A DNA stretch of 64,000 bases. Origin: Gemmatimonadales bacterium (GTDB lineage Bacteria; Gemmatimonadota; Gemmatimonadetes; Gemmatimonadales; GWC2-71-9). Positions within the stretch are counted from its first letter, which is position 1; each line of letters begins with the position of its first letter. This document shows, in pieces, positions 1-9,280 of this stretch. The stretch covers positions 1-64,000 of the forward strand of contig JBFJCP010000019.1 in NCBI GenBank assembly GCA_041615815.1, written 5' to 3'. The notes under the pieces are model-generated. The model saw nothing but the letters and a program-made list of their open reading frames with translations. It was not told the origin of the DNA and ran no database searches. The translations under genes and the position numbers were made by a program.

Positions 1-2
1 AA

Positions 3-1232
3 ACCGAACTCATTCACGACTGGAATGCCATCGACGGTTTCGACTGGGCCCACGCCCGCGTCGATCTCAATGACGAAACACTTCGTGACGGCCTGCAGTC
101 ACCGTCAGCCGTCGACCCGTCCATCGAGGTCAAGAAAGAACTGCTCCACCTCATGGCCGACGTTGGTATCGTGGCGGCGGACATCGGGCTCCCCGGGGCT
201 GGACCCCATGTCGTCGAATCCGTGCGGGCGCTCGCGCGCGAGATAGCCGATGCCGGACTACCGATCGCACCCAACTGCGCCGCGCGTACCGTGGTCGCCG
301 ACGTCGAGCCCATCGTGGAAATCTCCCAGGCGGTCGGCATACCCATCGAAGCGGCCACGTTCATTGGATCCTCGCCGATCCGTCAGTACGCCGAGGATTG
401 GACGCTGGAACGGATGCTCGAGGTGAGTGAGAAGGCCGTGCGGTTCGCCGTGGGGGAGGGTCTCCCGGTCATGTTCGTGACCGAGGATACGACGCGGGCG
501 CGACCGGAGACGCTGGAGGCACTGTATAGGAATGCGATTCGGTGGGGAGCGCGACGCATATGCTTGGCCGACACCGTGGGCCACGCCACACCAGACGGGG
601 TTCGGGCATTGGTCCGCTTTGTCCGCGACAAGATCGTCATCCCATCGGGCGAGGACGTGAAGGTCGATTGGCACGGCCACCGCGATCGCGGCCTGGGGGT
701 GATCAACTGCCTGGCTGCGATCGAGGCCGGTGTCGATCGCGTGCATGCCACCGCGCTCGGTGTCGGCGAACGGGTGGGCAACGCAGAAATGGATTTGCTC
801 ATCGTCAACCTGAAGCTGCTCGGCACGCACCGACACGACGTCTCCCGGTTGCGCGACTACTGCGAGCTGGCCGCGCGGACGATTGGCGTGCCGCTCCCCG
901 CCAATTATCCGGTCATGGGAACGGATGCGTTTCGAACCGGGACGGGCGTGCATGCGGCTGCCATCATCAAGGCTACCAGGAAAGGCGATGCGTGGCTCGC
1001 CGATCGTGTGTACTCGAGTGTCCCGGCCGGCCAGTTTGGCGCCCAGCAGGTCATCGAGATCTCGCCGGTCTCTGGCATGTCGAACGTGAAGTGGTGGCTG
1101 ACGGCTCACGGATACGACGGAACCGACGACGATCTGTGCGAACGGCTCTTCGCCGCTGCCAAACAAGCCGACCGTGTGCTCTCGGAGGACGAATGCCATC
1201 GGCTCGTCGCTGAGGTCGCCAAGTCCCGGTGA
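3..1232 (+). CDS. LeuA-family (2-isopropylmalate synthase-like, DRE-TIM metallolyase), 5' truncated by window edge
   Basis: Frame open from position 3 (TELIHDWN...DETLRDGLQ); ADTVG, HGH and GVGERVGN motifs; no C-terminal regulatory domain. Confidence 0.85.
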   Translation, partial: TELIHDWNAIDGFDWAHARVDLNDETLRDGLQSPSAVDPSIEVKKELLHLMADVGIVAADIGLPGAGPHVVESVRALAREIADAGLPIAPNCAARTVVADVEPIVEISQAVGIPIEAATFIGSSPIRQYAEDWTLERMLEVSEKAVRFAVGEGLPVMFVTEDTTRARPETLEALYRNAIRWGARRICLADTVGHATPDGVRALVRFVRDKIVIPSGEDVKVDWHGHRDRGLGVINCLAAIEAGVDRVHATALGVGERVGNAEMDLLIVNLKLLGTHRHDVSRLRDYCELAARTIGVPLPANYPVMGTDAFRTGTGVHAAAIIKATRKGDAWLADRVYSSVPAGQFGAQQVIEISPVSGMSNVKWWLTAHGYDGTDDDLCERLFAAAKQADRVLSEDECHRLVAEVAKSR

Positions 1233-2839
1233 CGGCCGGGGGCTCGCTCACCGACCTGGTCCACTCGTACCTGGACCTGCGGTGGCACATGGACCCGGTG
1301 CAGGCATCCTTCGAAGGGCTTTCCCAACACGACGGTCGTTTGGGGTCGTTTTCCGAAGCGCGCATCCACCAGCACATCGCCGCCCTCAAAGCGATCAGCG
1401 CGTCCGTTGAAGAGCAGCACCCCGACTCCCTCGACGACGAGATCGACCGAACGGCGTTGCTCGGCGAGATCCGCTCCACCCTGTATCGACTGGAACACGA
1501 ACGTCCCCATCGACGGAATCCCGCGTTGTGGCTCTCGCACGTCCTCGAGGGCCTGTATGTGTTGTTGGTGGTGGAGGATCGATCCAAGGAGTCGCTCCAG
1601 CGTAGCACCCGCGAACGGCTTCGGGCGATCCCCGGCGTCCTGGACGACGCCCGTGCCACCCTCCGCCAGTGCCCACCGGTATTCGTGGATACAGCTCAAC
1701 GGGTCGGTGACGCCGGGTTAGAGCTCATCTCGCTGGTGGCGGCAGCGCACCTGCAAGACAACGGTCAAGAGGGCAGCGACGGAGTCCAACAGTCAGCCAG
1801 TGAGGCCCTGACCCGTTTCATCGCGTGGCTGCCGGAAGTGGCGGACGACGAGTCCTCCTTCGCGATCGGCGAAGCCGCCTTCAATTTCCGGCTGCAGTTC
1901 CAGCACGCCCTCCGAGATACGGCGCCGCAATTGTGGCGGTACGGCGAATCACTGATCTCGCAGGTCGAAGCAGAACTCACGGCCCTCGCCCGCCACATCG
2001 ACAGAGCGACGCCGTGGCCCGACCTGGTAGACCGCCTGCGCGACGATCACCCGACGGCGGACCAGCTCGTCGATGTATACGCGGGAGAAATGGAGCGGGC
2101 GAGAATTTTTGTCGCGGAGCGAGATCTGGCCCCCTTACCGGAGGGAGACCTCACCGTCGTCCCCACCCCCGGTTTCCTCCAGCCGCTCATTCCGTTCGCG
2201 GCGTATCAGGCGCCCGGGGTCTTCTCGTCGAACCGGCGCGGGCGATTCTACGTCACCCAGCCCCATGAAACGGACCCGGCGGCGACGGCTCGTGCGTTGC
2301 GGGATCATTGCACACACGAGATCCCGTCCACGGCTCTCCACGAGGGATACCCCGGCCACCATCTGCACCTCCTCATCGCGCAAGAACAGACGAGTCTCGT
2401 CCGTCGCTTGGTAGGAACACCGCTGACCATCGAGGGATGGGCGTTGTACTGCGAAGACATGATGGGGGAGGAAGGGTTCTACGAAACGGCGGAACAGAAG
2501 CTATTCCAACAGCTCGCGCTCCTGTGGCGGGCGGTCCGAATCGTCCTGGACGTGGGGCTCCACACAAGGGCCATGACACCAGCGGAAGCGGTTCAGATGC
2601 TCGTGCAGCACGTGCACTTCCAACGAGGTCACGCCGAGGCTGAAGTGCGCCGTTACTGCGCGGAGCCGGCGTATCAGCTGTGCTACGCCGTGGGGCGTCG
2701 CGAGCTCCGATCGCTCCGTGAGGCCTACCGCAACGCCATGGGCGCGGACTTCAGGCTCGGAGACTTCCATCGAGCAGTGCTCCGTTTCGGGGCTCTGCCG
2801 GTCAGTCTCATGTGGTGGGGTCTGCAGTTGGATGCGTAG
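1229..2839 (+). CDS. DUF885 domain protein
   Basis: HEGYPGHH, EGWALY and RIVLDVGLH motifs; GTGA overlap with upstream stop. Confidence 0.85.
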   Translation: MTAGGSLTDLVHSYLDLRWHMDPVQASFEGLSQHDGRLGSFSEARIHQHIAALKAISASVEEQHPDSLDDEIDRTALLGEIRSTLYRLEHERPHRRNPALWLSHVLEGLYVLLVVEDRSKESLQRSTRERLRAIPGVLDDARATLRQCPPVFVDTAQRVGDAGLELISLVAAAHLQDNGQEGSDGVQQSASEALTRFIAWLPEVADDESSFAIGEAAFNFRLQFQHALRDTAPQLWRYGESLISQVEAELTALARHIDRATPWPDLVDRLRDDHPTADQLVDVYAGEMERARIFVAERDLAPLPEGDLTVVPTPGFLQPLIPFAAYQAPGVFSSNRRGRFYVTQPHETDPAATARALRDHCTHEIPSTALHEGYPGHHLHLLIAQEQTSLVRRLVGTPLTIEGWALYCEDMMGEEGFYETAEQKLFQQLALLWRAVRIVLDVGLHTRAMTPAEAVQMLVQHVHFQRGHAEAEVRRYCAEPAYQLCYAVGRRELRSLREAYRNAMGADFRLGDFHRAVLRFGALPVSLMWWGLQLDA

Positions 2840-3998
2840 CCGTCCCTTCCGTCGGTCCATTCCCGCCGTCGTCAAACAGCTGGGCGTCGTCTCCTTCTTC
2901 AACGACTTCGCCAGCGAGATGGTGTACCCGCTCCTTCCTACCCTGATCACCAGCCGTCTCGGCGGAACCGCGCTCGCCGTGGGCGTTCTCGATGGGGTGG
3001 CGGAGGCCGTGGCCGCCACGGTGAAATGGTGGGCCGGGTGGTTGGCCGATCGCCCTCGCTGGCGCCGCCCGTTGGTGGTCGGTGGGTATGTCATCGCCGC
3101 CCTCGCCCGGCCGGTGATGGCGGTAAGCGGGACGTCGTGGCACGTCGTGACGCTCAGGGGCGTTGATCGGTTCGGGAAAGGGGCGCGAACGCCCCCGCGC
3201 GACGCGATCATCGCGGACGAAACGCCGGCATCCATCCGTGGACGTGCCTTCGGGTATCACCGGGGAATGGACCACGCCGGGGCGGTCCTTGGCCCGGTGG
3301 TGGCGTGGGCCGTCATCTCCGCGCTGGGAGCGTCCGTCGAAGACGTCATCCTGTGGAGTCTGGCACCCGGAATTGCAGCCGTCCTCGTTGTGGGATGGGC
3401 AACGCGGCGGATCCACACCCCGGCGGGTCCGCCGACAGACCCCCGGCGTGACCGATCTGCACCGAGCGCCGCCGCTTCACGGACACTGCTCGTGCTCATC
3501 GTGACGTTCGCGTTCTTGCGGTTTCCGGAAGCACTGTTCCTCCTGCGTCTGCAGGAGCTCGGGATCGCCGTGGCCGGCGTACCACTCGTCTGGGCGGCGC
3601 TGCACGTGATTCGCGCGGGCGCGAGTTACCCCGGAGGGTGGCTGAGTGATCGACTGGGAGCGCGTCCAACGATGGCCGCGGGATGGGTCTGGTACGGCGT
3701 CGTCTGTGTCGGGCTCGCTCTTGCCTCAGGTGCGCTGAGCGGAGTCCTCTGGTTTCTGAGCTTTGGACTCGTCGCCGCCGCCACGGAGGCACCGGAGCGG
3801 GCGTTCGTGGCTGCGTCGGGTCTGCGGGGGGCGAGGGGACGCCGTTTCGGGATCTACCATGCAGCGGTGGGCGTCGCTGCGCTCCCAGGTGGGCTGCTCT
3901 TTGGCGAGTTGTTCCGCGTCAGGGGTGGGGCCGTGGCGCTGGGCGTCAGCGGCACCGCTGCACTCGTGCTCGGAATGTTGGCGCTGGCACGGCGCTGA
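2832..3998 (+). CDS. MFS transporter
   Basis: About 12 hydrophobic segments; SFFNDFASEM, GWLADR and DRFGKGART motifs; ATG 2832 overlaps upstream gene end. Confidence 0.85.
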   Translation: MRSRPFRRSIPAVVKQLGVVSFFNDFASEMVYPLLPTLITSRLGGTALAVGVLDGVAEAVAATVKWWAGWLADRPRWRRPLVVGGYVIAALARPVMAVSGTSWHVVTLRGVDRFGKGARTPPRDAIIADETPASIRGRAFGYHRGMDHAGAVLGPVVAWAVISALGASVEDVILWSLAPGIAAVLVVGWATRRIHTPAGPPTDPRRDRSAPSAAASRTLLVLIVTFAFLRFPEALFLLRLQELGIAVAGVPLVWAALHVIRAGASYPGGWLSDRLGARPTMAAGWVWYGVVCVGLALASGALSGVLWFLSFGLVAAATEAPERAFVAASGLRGARGRRFGIYHAAVGVAALPGGLLFGELFRVRGGAVALGVSGTAALVLGMLALARR

Positions 3999-4072
3999 CA
4001 CCAAACCACCGGCATCGGATAGATTCCATCGGGTGCGAAGGTGACCTTGGTGTTGGCGGGTAGAGCGCTCTC

Positions 4073-4369
4073 ATGAACGAGTCCAACCGATGGAAACGAT
4101 GGCTCCACCAATGGCGCACCCGTCTGCGCGCCGCCCGAGAGATCTATGAGGGTCTGTACGTCGCTCCGTATCGCGGGCTGATCTATCGGGAATACCTCGA
4201 GCAGCGCGATCTCTTTCTCCTCGTTGGATTCTCGGACCTCCTCGGTGTGCCGAATCCCGTTCAGTTCTACACCCTGGAATTGTACCCCCACCTCATCGAC
4301 CAATTCCATCAATGGCACCTTCGTATGGGCATGCCGCGGGCACCAGAAGGTGGATTTCGATGTTGCTGA
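4073..4369 (+). CDS. Small Cys-Cys-terminated protein (cory-CC-star-like, CstA/ArsA-associated)
   Basis: 98 aa with LGVPNP..YTLEL.P..FHQWHLRMGM, ending GFRCC-stop; directly upstream of ArsA-like gene. Confidence 0.75.
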   Translation: MNESNRWKRWLHQWRTRLRAAREIYEGLYVAPYRGLIYREYLEQRDLFLLVGFSDLLGVPNPVQFYTLELYPHLIDQFHQWHLRMGMPRAPEGGFRCC

Positions 4370-4397
4370 ACGCCGCGGGCAGGCCGGCGGGCATGTA

Positions 4398-5375
4398 ATG
4401 TCCTCCGCCCATGCATTGTTGGACCGGGAGATCCTGTTCGTTGGTGGAAAGGGTGGGGTGGGGAAAACGACCCTCGCGGCGGTTTTTGCCCTCCAAGCTG
4501 CGGACATTGGTCATCGCACCCTGCTCGTTTCGACGGATCCTGCCCACTCGACCGGCGATATCCTGGAGACCGCGCTCACCTCCGACCCGCGCCAGGTGAC
4601 CGAACGTCTTTGGGCGTTGGAGATCGACCCGGCTCGCGAAGCGGATCGCTACATCGCCGATGTCAAACATCGCATTGCCGCGACAACGACACCGCGCCTG
4701 TTGGAGGAAGTGGAACGGCAGATCGATGCGGCTCGAGTCTCTCCGGGCGCGGAAGAGGCCGCCCTATTTGAGCGGTTCACCCGTATTCTCGAAGAGTCGC
4801 GTGCCCACTACGACCGTGTGGTCTTCGACACCGCACCCACAGGTCTCACCCTGCGGCTGCTATCGCTACCGGAGCTCATGACGGCGTGGATCGGTGGTCT
4901 CATTGATCGTCGGTCGAAGGTCAATGCGCTTGGCCGTATGTGGCGTATCGTCTCGGGGGCGGCAGCGGCAGCGGCGGCGGACGGCGCCGATCCCATTCTG
5001 GCTGCGCTCGAGGAGCGTCGCGAGCGGTTCAAGCGAGCCCGGAGCCTGCTGACGGATGCCACGCGGGTTGCTTTTGTGTTCGTCGTGATCCCGGAGCGGC
5101 TCCCAATAATGGAAACGGAAAAAGCCGTGCGTGCGTTGGACAAGTATGGCATACCGGTGGGTGGGATCATCGTGAATCGCATTCTCCCCGACGCCGCCGA
5201 GGGTGCATTTCTGGCGAGCCGGCGGGAGCGGGAACGCGGCTATCTCGCCGCGATCGATCGTGCGTTTGCCGCTCACCCACGACTGCGGGTTCCCCTGCTT
5301 GGTGGCGATGTGGTGGGGATAGAGGCGCTGCGTGCGCTCTTCACGCGGCTCGGGGCATCCCTCTCGAAGGAATGA
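4398..5375 (+). CDS. ArsA/Get3 (TRC40) family single-domain ATPase
   Basis: GKGGVGKTT, STDPAHS and DTAPTG motifs. Confidence 0.9.
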   Translation: MSSAHALLDREILFVGGKGGVGKTTLAAVFALQAADIGHRTLLVSTDPAHSTGDILETALTSDPRQVTERLWALEIDPAREADRYIADVKHRIAATTTPRLLEEVERQIDAARVSPGAEEAALFERFTRILEESRAHYDRVVFDTAPTGLTLRLLSLPELMTAWIGGLIDRRSKVNALGRMWRIVSGAAAAAAADGADPILAALEERRERFKRARSLLTDATRVAFVFVVIPERLPIMETEKAVRALDKYGIPVGGIIVNRILPDAAEGAFLASRRERERGYLAAIDRAFAAHPRLRVPLLGGDVVGIEALRALFTRLGASLSKE

Positions 5376-5408
5376 CGACGGCTCACCGGCGGCGTCACCA
5401 CCTCGTGC

Positions 5409-6332
5409 TCACCCCTCGTCCGTCGGCGTGGGCTCGCCCTTCATGCGCGACTCCCAGGCCTCGAGCGTCCGCGGCCAATCCTTCTTGAGAAGGCGAGACA
5501 GCGCGCGGTCAGCGAGCAGCTTGCCGCCTGTCTGACAACGCGCGCAGTAGTTCACTTCGTTCGCGGCGTAGGCGATGCGCTGGACCGGCGCTCCGCACGC
5601 GGGGCACGCTTTTCGAAAGCGTCCGTGTACGGCCATGCCGTCGCGAAATGCCGTGACGCGCTCGGGAAAGCCGGATCCTACCTCGTCTCTCAGCCGCTGC
5701 ACCCACGCGGTGAGCGTGCCGACGGCAGCCTCGAAAAGCCGCCGGCACTCCTGGTCGGTCAGCGACGCGGTGAGCTTGACGGGCGAGAGCCGCGCCGCGT
5801 GGAGGATTTCGTCGGAGTAGGCATTGCCAATGCCGCTGAGGATGTGAGGGTCGGTGAGCGCCCGCTTGAGCGTATGGTTTCGGCGGGTGATGGCCTCACG
5901 AAAGGCGTCCAAGCTGGCATTCAGGACCTCGAGACCACCGGGATCGTGGGCCGCAAGCGCTTCCCGACCTCGCACCACGTGGAGCGCCGATCGCTTCTGC
6001 GTCCCGGCCTCGGTCAACAGCAACGTACCTGACGGGAAGTCGAATGCGGCGAGTCCACGTCGTTTCGGAGGTGCGGCGCCACGTGCACGCCATCGAAGCC
6101 GCCCTGCAATCATGAGATGCAGCACGAGGAACAGCTCATCCTCGAGCCCAATCACAATCCGTTTTCCCAGGCGCTCCAGATGCTGCACGGTTTTCCTCTC
6201 CACTGCTTTGATCGGTGGGTCGACGGATCGAAGCAAAAAGGGGCTCGCCAATCGAACACGCTCGAGTGGCTGATGGAGAACCCGCGGGGCCAAGCACTCG
6301 AGGTAAATGACGATGTCAGGAAGCTCGGGCAT
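5409..6332 (-). CDS. Fpg/Nei family DNA glycosylase (second Fpg paralog)
   Basis: N-terminal PELPD, HLMIAG, H2TH GIGNAYSDE, C-terminal CxxC..CxxC zinc finger. Confidence 0.9.
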   Translation of the reverse strand: MPELPDIVIYLECLAPRVLHQPLERVRLASPFLLRSVDPPIKAVERKTVQHLERLGKRIVIGLEDELFLVLHLMIAGRLRWRARGAAPPKRRGLAAFDFPSGTLLLTEAGTQKRSALHVVRGREALAAHDPGGLEVLNASLDAFREAITRRNHTLKRALTDPHILSGIGNAYSDEILHAARLSPVKLTASLTDQECRRLFEAAVGTLTAWVQRLRDEVGSGFPERVTAFRDGMAVHGRFRKACPACGAPVQRIAYAANEVNYCARCQTGGKLLADRALSRLLKKDWPRTLEAWESRMKGEPTPTDEG

Positions 6333-6345
6333 CGCGTTCGAGCGA

Positions 6346-6423
6346 GAGAAATGAGGAATGGGGAGTAAGGAGGAGGCCTGCCACCCCGCATCCTCTTCAC
6401 ACCTTACCCCTCACTCCTGACTC
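6346..6423. repeat. Inverted array of degenerate heptamers (about GAGTRAG) in the divergent fpg/cstA intergenic region
   Basis: Left arm GAATGGG-GAGTAAG-GAGGAGG; reverse complement of right arm GAGTCAG-GAGTGAG-GGGTAAG-GTGTGAA. Confidence 0.5.
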
Positions 6424-6474
6424 GGCTATTCCCTACATTCTACACTCTACTCGGCACTCGGCAGGAGGGTTTTC

Positions 6475-8265
6475 TTGAGCGCCATTGCTCTGCTCGTGGT
6501 TGGACTCTCGGCCTTTCTCACCGGGTATCTCGTGTATTCCCGGTACATCGCTCAGCGCATCTATCGTCTCGATCCGTTGTATCGGACACCGGCCCATGAG
6601 TTCGAAGACGGCGTGGACTACGTGCCGACGAACAGACATGTGCTGTTCGGACACCACTTCACGTCCGTGGCTGGCGCGGCGCCCATTGTGGGCCCGGCCA
6701 TTGCCGTGATCTGGGGTTGGCTGCCCGCATTCCTTTGGGTCCTGTTGGGCACGATCTTCGCCGGCGCGGTCCACGATTTCGGAACGCTATGGATCTCCAC
6801 TCGTCACAAGGGCCATTCCATCGGGACCCTGGCCGAACGCATCGTCGGTGGGCGCGCTCGCGTGTTATTCCTCTTGATCATCTTCTTTCTCTTACTACTC
6901 GTGAATGCGGTGTTCGCGGTCGTCATCGCGAACCTGTTCATGGCGAATCCGGGTGCCGTGTTGCCGGTGTGGGGAAGTCTCGGGGTGGCACTTGTGGTAG
7001 GGTTGCTGATCTATCGTACCAGGGTTGGGATCCTCGGGCCATCGCTGGCCGCCCTGGTGATCCTCTACACGCTGATCTGGTTTGGGCAGTACGTACCCTT
7101 TGAGTTGCCTGACCTGTTCGGCTTCGGTGCGTCCGCGAGTCAACTCACGGCGGCTGGAGGTGATCCAGTGGTTGCGGCGGCCCAAGCCCAAACGGATGGA
7201 ATACGGGCGGGGTGGGTCATCATTCTCTTCGTCTACGCGTTCTTTGCCAGCGTGTTGCCAGTTTGGCTCCTTCTGCAGCCTCGAGACTACGTCAACAGCC
7301 ATCAGCTTTTCGTAGCCCTCGGGATCATCTTTCTCGGCGTAATCGTCACAAATCCGGAGATTATCGCGCCCGCCGTCAATCGCGAACTGCCCGCCGATGC
7401 CCCGAGCTGGTTCCCCCTCTTGTTCATCACGATTGCGTGCGGCGCCATTAGCGGATTCCACGGGCTCGTGGCGTCGGGTACCTCCTCCAAACAGCTCGCC
7501 AACGAAAAGGATGCCCGTTACGTGGGCTATGGCGGCGCGATCGGTGAAGGGACGCTCGCCCTCACGTCGATCATCGCCACGACGGCGGGATTCGCGCTGG
7601 TGGTTGGTGTGGACGGCTGGCACGGTCATTATGCCTCGTGGGCCCAGGCTTCAGCAGGCGCGACGTCGGCGTTCGTCAACGGCGTGGGCGAGTTGGCCAA
7701 GGGCATCGGGATCCCCGCCGGCGTAGCGACGATCTTTGCGGCGGTCGTCGTGATCAGCTTTGCGGCCACGACGATGGATACCGGCGTCCGTCTCCAGCGG
7801 TACATCATTGCCGAGCTGGGCGCCGAATATCGACTCGCCATGGTACAGAACCGCTGGGTGGCCACGTTCATCGCCGTCGCTGCTTGTGCGCTGCTCGCGC
7901 TCGGCGTGGACCGCGGCGCCGGTGGAATGCGTCTCTGGCCGCTCTTCGGTACCACGAATCAGCTTACGGGCGCGCTCAGTCTCCTCGTCGTGACCCTCTT
8001 TCTGGTGACGCTGAAACGGAGCATCTGGGTGACGGTGATTCCCATGGTGTTTCTGCTCGTCATGACCACCTGGGCCATGATTGTCAATCTCCTGCGGTAC
8101 TGGACCGACAGTGAGCCGCTGCTCTTGGCGGTCGGCGCCGCCATCTTCGTATTGGAACTGTGGCTGATCTTTGAGGCCGGCGCAGCCGTGCGCCGCGCCA
8201 TCGCTGCCATGGCCGGCGGCGCGCCGGCGTCCGTGGCGGCAGCAGAGAAAGAGTCCGGCGCGTAG
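6475..8265 (+). CDS. cstA: Carbon starvation protein A family transporter
   Basis: DGVDYVPT, GHHFTSVAGAAPIVGP, ACGAISGFH and WPLFGTTNQL motifs; TTG start after AGGAGG. Confidence 0.92.
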   Translation: MSAIALLVVGLSAFLTGYLVYSRYIAQRIYRLDPLYRTPAHEFEDGVDYVPTNRHVLFGHHFTSVAGAAPIVGPAIAVIWGWLPAFLWVLLGTIFAGAVHDFGTLWISTRHKGHSIGTLAERIVGGRARVLFLLIIFFLLLLVNAVFAVVIANLFMANPGAVLPVWGSLGVALVVGLLIYRTRVGILGPSLAALVILYTLIWFGQYVPFELPDLFGFGASASQLTAAGGDPVVAAAQAQTDGIRAGWVIILFVYAFFASVLPVWLLLQPRDYVNSHQLFVALGIIFLGVIVTNPEIIAPAVNRELPADAPSWFPLLFITIACGAISGFHGLVASGTSSKQLANEKDARYVGYGGAIGEGTLALTSIIATTAGFALVVGVDGWHGHYASWAQASAGATSAFVNGVGELAKGIGIPAGVATIFAAVVVISFAATTMDTGVRLQRYIIAELGAEYRLAMVQNRWVATFIAVAACALLALGVDRGAGGMRLWPLFGTTNQLTGALSLLVVTLFLVTLKRSIWVTVIPMVFLLVMTTWAMIVNLLRYWTDSEPLLLAVGAAIFVLELWLIFEAGAAVRRAIAAMAGGAPASVAAAEKESGA

Positions 8266-8320
8266 CGGTTCAAGTTGCTCAGTGGCCGCTCGGACCGTAC
8301 GTTCGGGTTAAAGGAATCCC

Positions 8321-9190
8321 ACGAGCGCGCCTATCCCGTACGAGACGCTATCCGCGCAGTTCAGCGCCCCCGGTGGGGGTGGGTCCGGATCGACAGCCGT
8401 CGACCCCCGTTCGCAGCGTGTTCGCCGGCGTGACATTCGCGGCACCACCGTCATCGTCACCGGCGGTGCCACGGGGCTCGGGCGCGCCATCGCGTTGGAG
8501 TTTGCCCAACACGGGGTCAACGTCGGGTTCAACTACATCGAGCTCCCGGACCGGGACATCGCGGGACAGGCGTTACTCACCGAGACGGCGATTCGCGCAT
8601 TTGGTGTCGAGGTTTACTGCGCCAAGTGCGACGTTCGAGACCGCGACGCCGTCCAGCAGTTCGTGCGAACGGTCAAGACCGAGCTTGGTGGTGCGCATTA
8701 CCTCGTCAACAACGCGGGCGTTGCCCGAGACGGGGCCCTATGGCGACTGTCCGAAGAGGCATGGCAGACCGTCATCGGCACCAACATCACGGGGAGCTTC
8801 AACTGCGTGCAGGCGGTTGCCCCGACCTTCCGCGAACAACGTAACGGCAAGATCGTCAGTATCGCGTCCCATCAGGCGTATCGCCCGGGTTTCGGTGTGT
8901 CGAACTACGCGACGAGCAAGGCGGCGCTGGTCGGTTTGACAAAATCGGCCGCCGTCGAGCTCGGCCCGTACAACATCAATGTGAATGCCGTGGCTCCGGG
9001 ATTCGTGCGCACCGACCTCATCGACAAGCTGCCACGCCAAGTGCTCGATGACGCCGAGAAGGGCTCGGTCCTGGGCCGCATTGCCGAACCCGACGACATT
9101 GCCGGTGTCGTGTTTTTCCTCTGTTCCGAAGCGGCCCGACACATCACCGGCCAGGTGATCCTCGTGGACGGAGGACTCACCCTGGAGTAG
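8321..9190 (+). CDS. SDR family oxidoreductase (FabG-like); start codon uncertain, probably ACG at 8321
   Basis: TGGATGLG Rossmann motif upstream of the ORF-track start (8495); NNAG, YATSK and VAPG motifs. Confidence 0.85.
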   Translation, partial: TSAPIPYETLSAQFSAPGGGGSGSTAVDPRSQRVRRRDIRGTTVIVTGGATGLGRAIALEFAQHGVNVGFNYIELPDRDIAGQALLTETAIRAFGVEVYCAKCDVRDRDAVQQFVRTVKTELGGAHYLVNNAGVARDGALWRLSEEAWQTVIGTNITGSFNCVQAVAPTFREQRNGKIVSIASHQAYRPGFGVSNYATSKAALVGLTKSAAVELGPYNINVNAVAPGFVRTDLIDKLPRQVLDDAEKGSVLGRIAEPDDIAGVVFFLCSEAARHITGQVILVDGGLTLE

Positions 9191-9280
9191 CCCTGGGGCC
9201 CCTTGAGCCCGGGTTTTCACCGGGTAGCTTCCACCCACACTCCTCGCTGTACAGACCACACCGGTCACCAAGGAGCCCGC

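Noticed and set aside
4361..4397. Selenocysteine read-through of the TGA after CC, with a small GC hairpin downstream
   Set aside because: CC-stop is the expected family terminus, read-through would run out of frame into the ATPase gene, and there is no convincing SECIS
4398..5375. Arsenic resistance operon
   Set aside because: No arsR/B/C/D nearby and the ATPase has no cysteines
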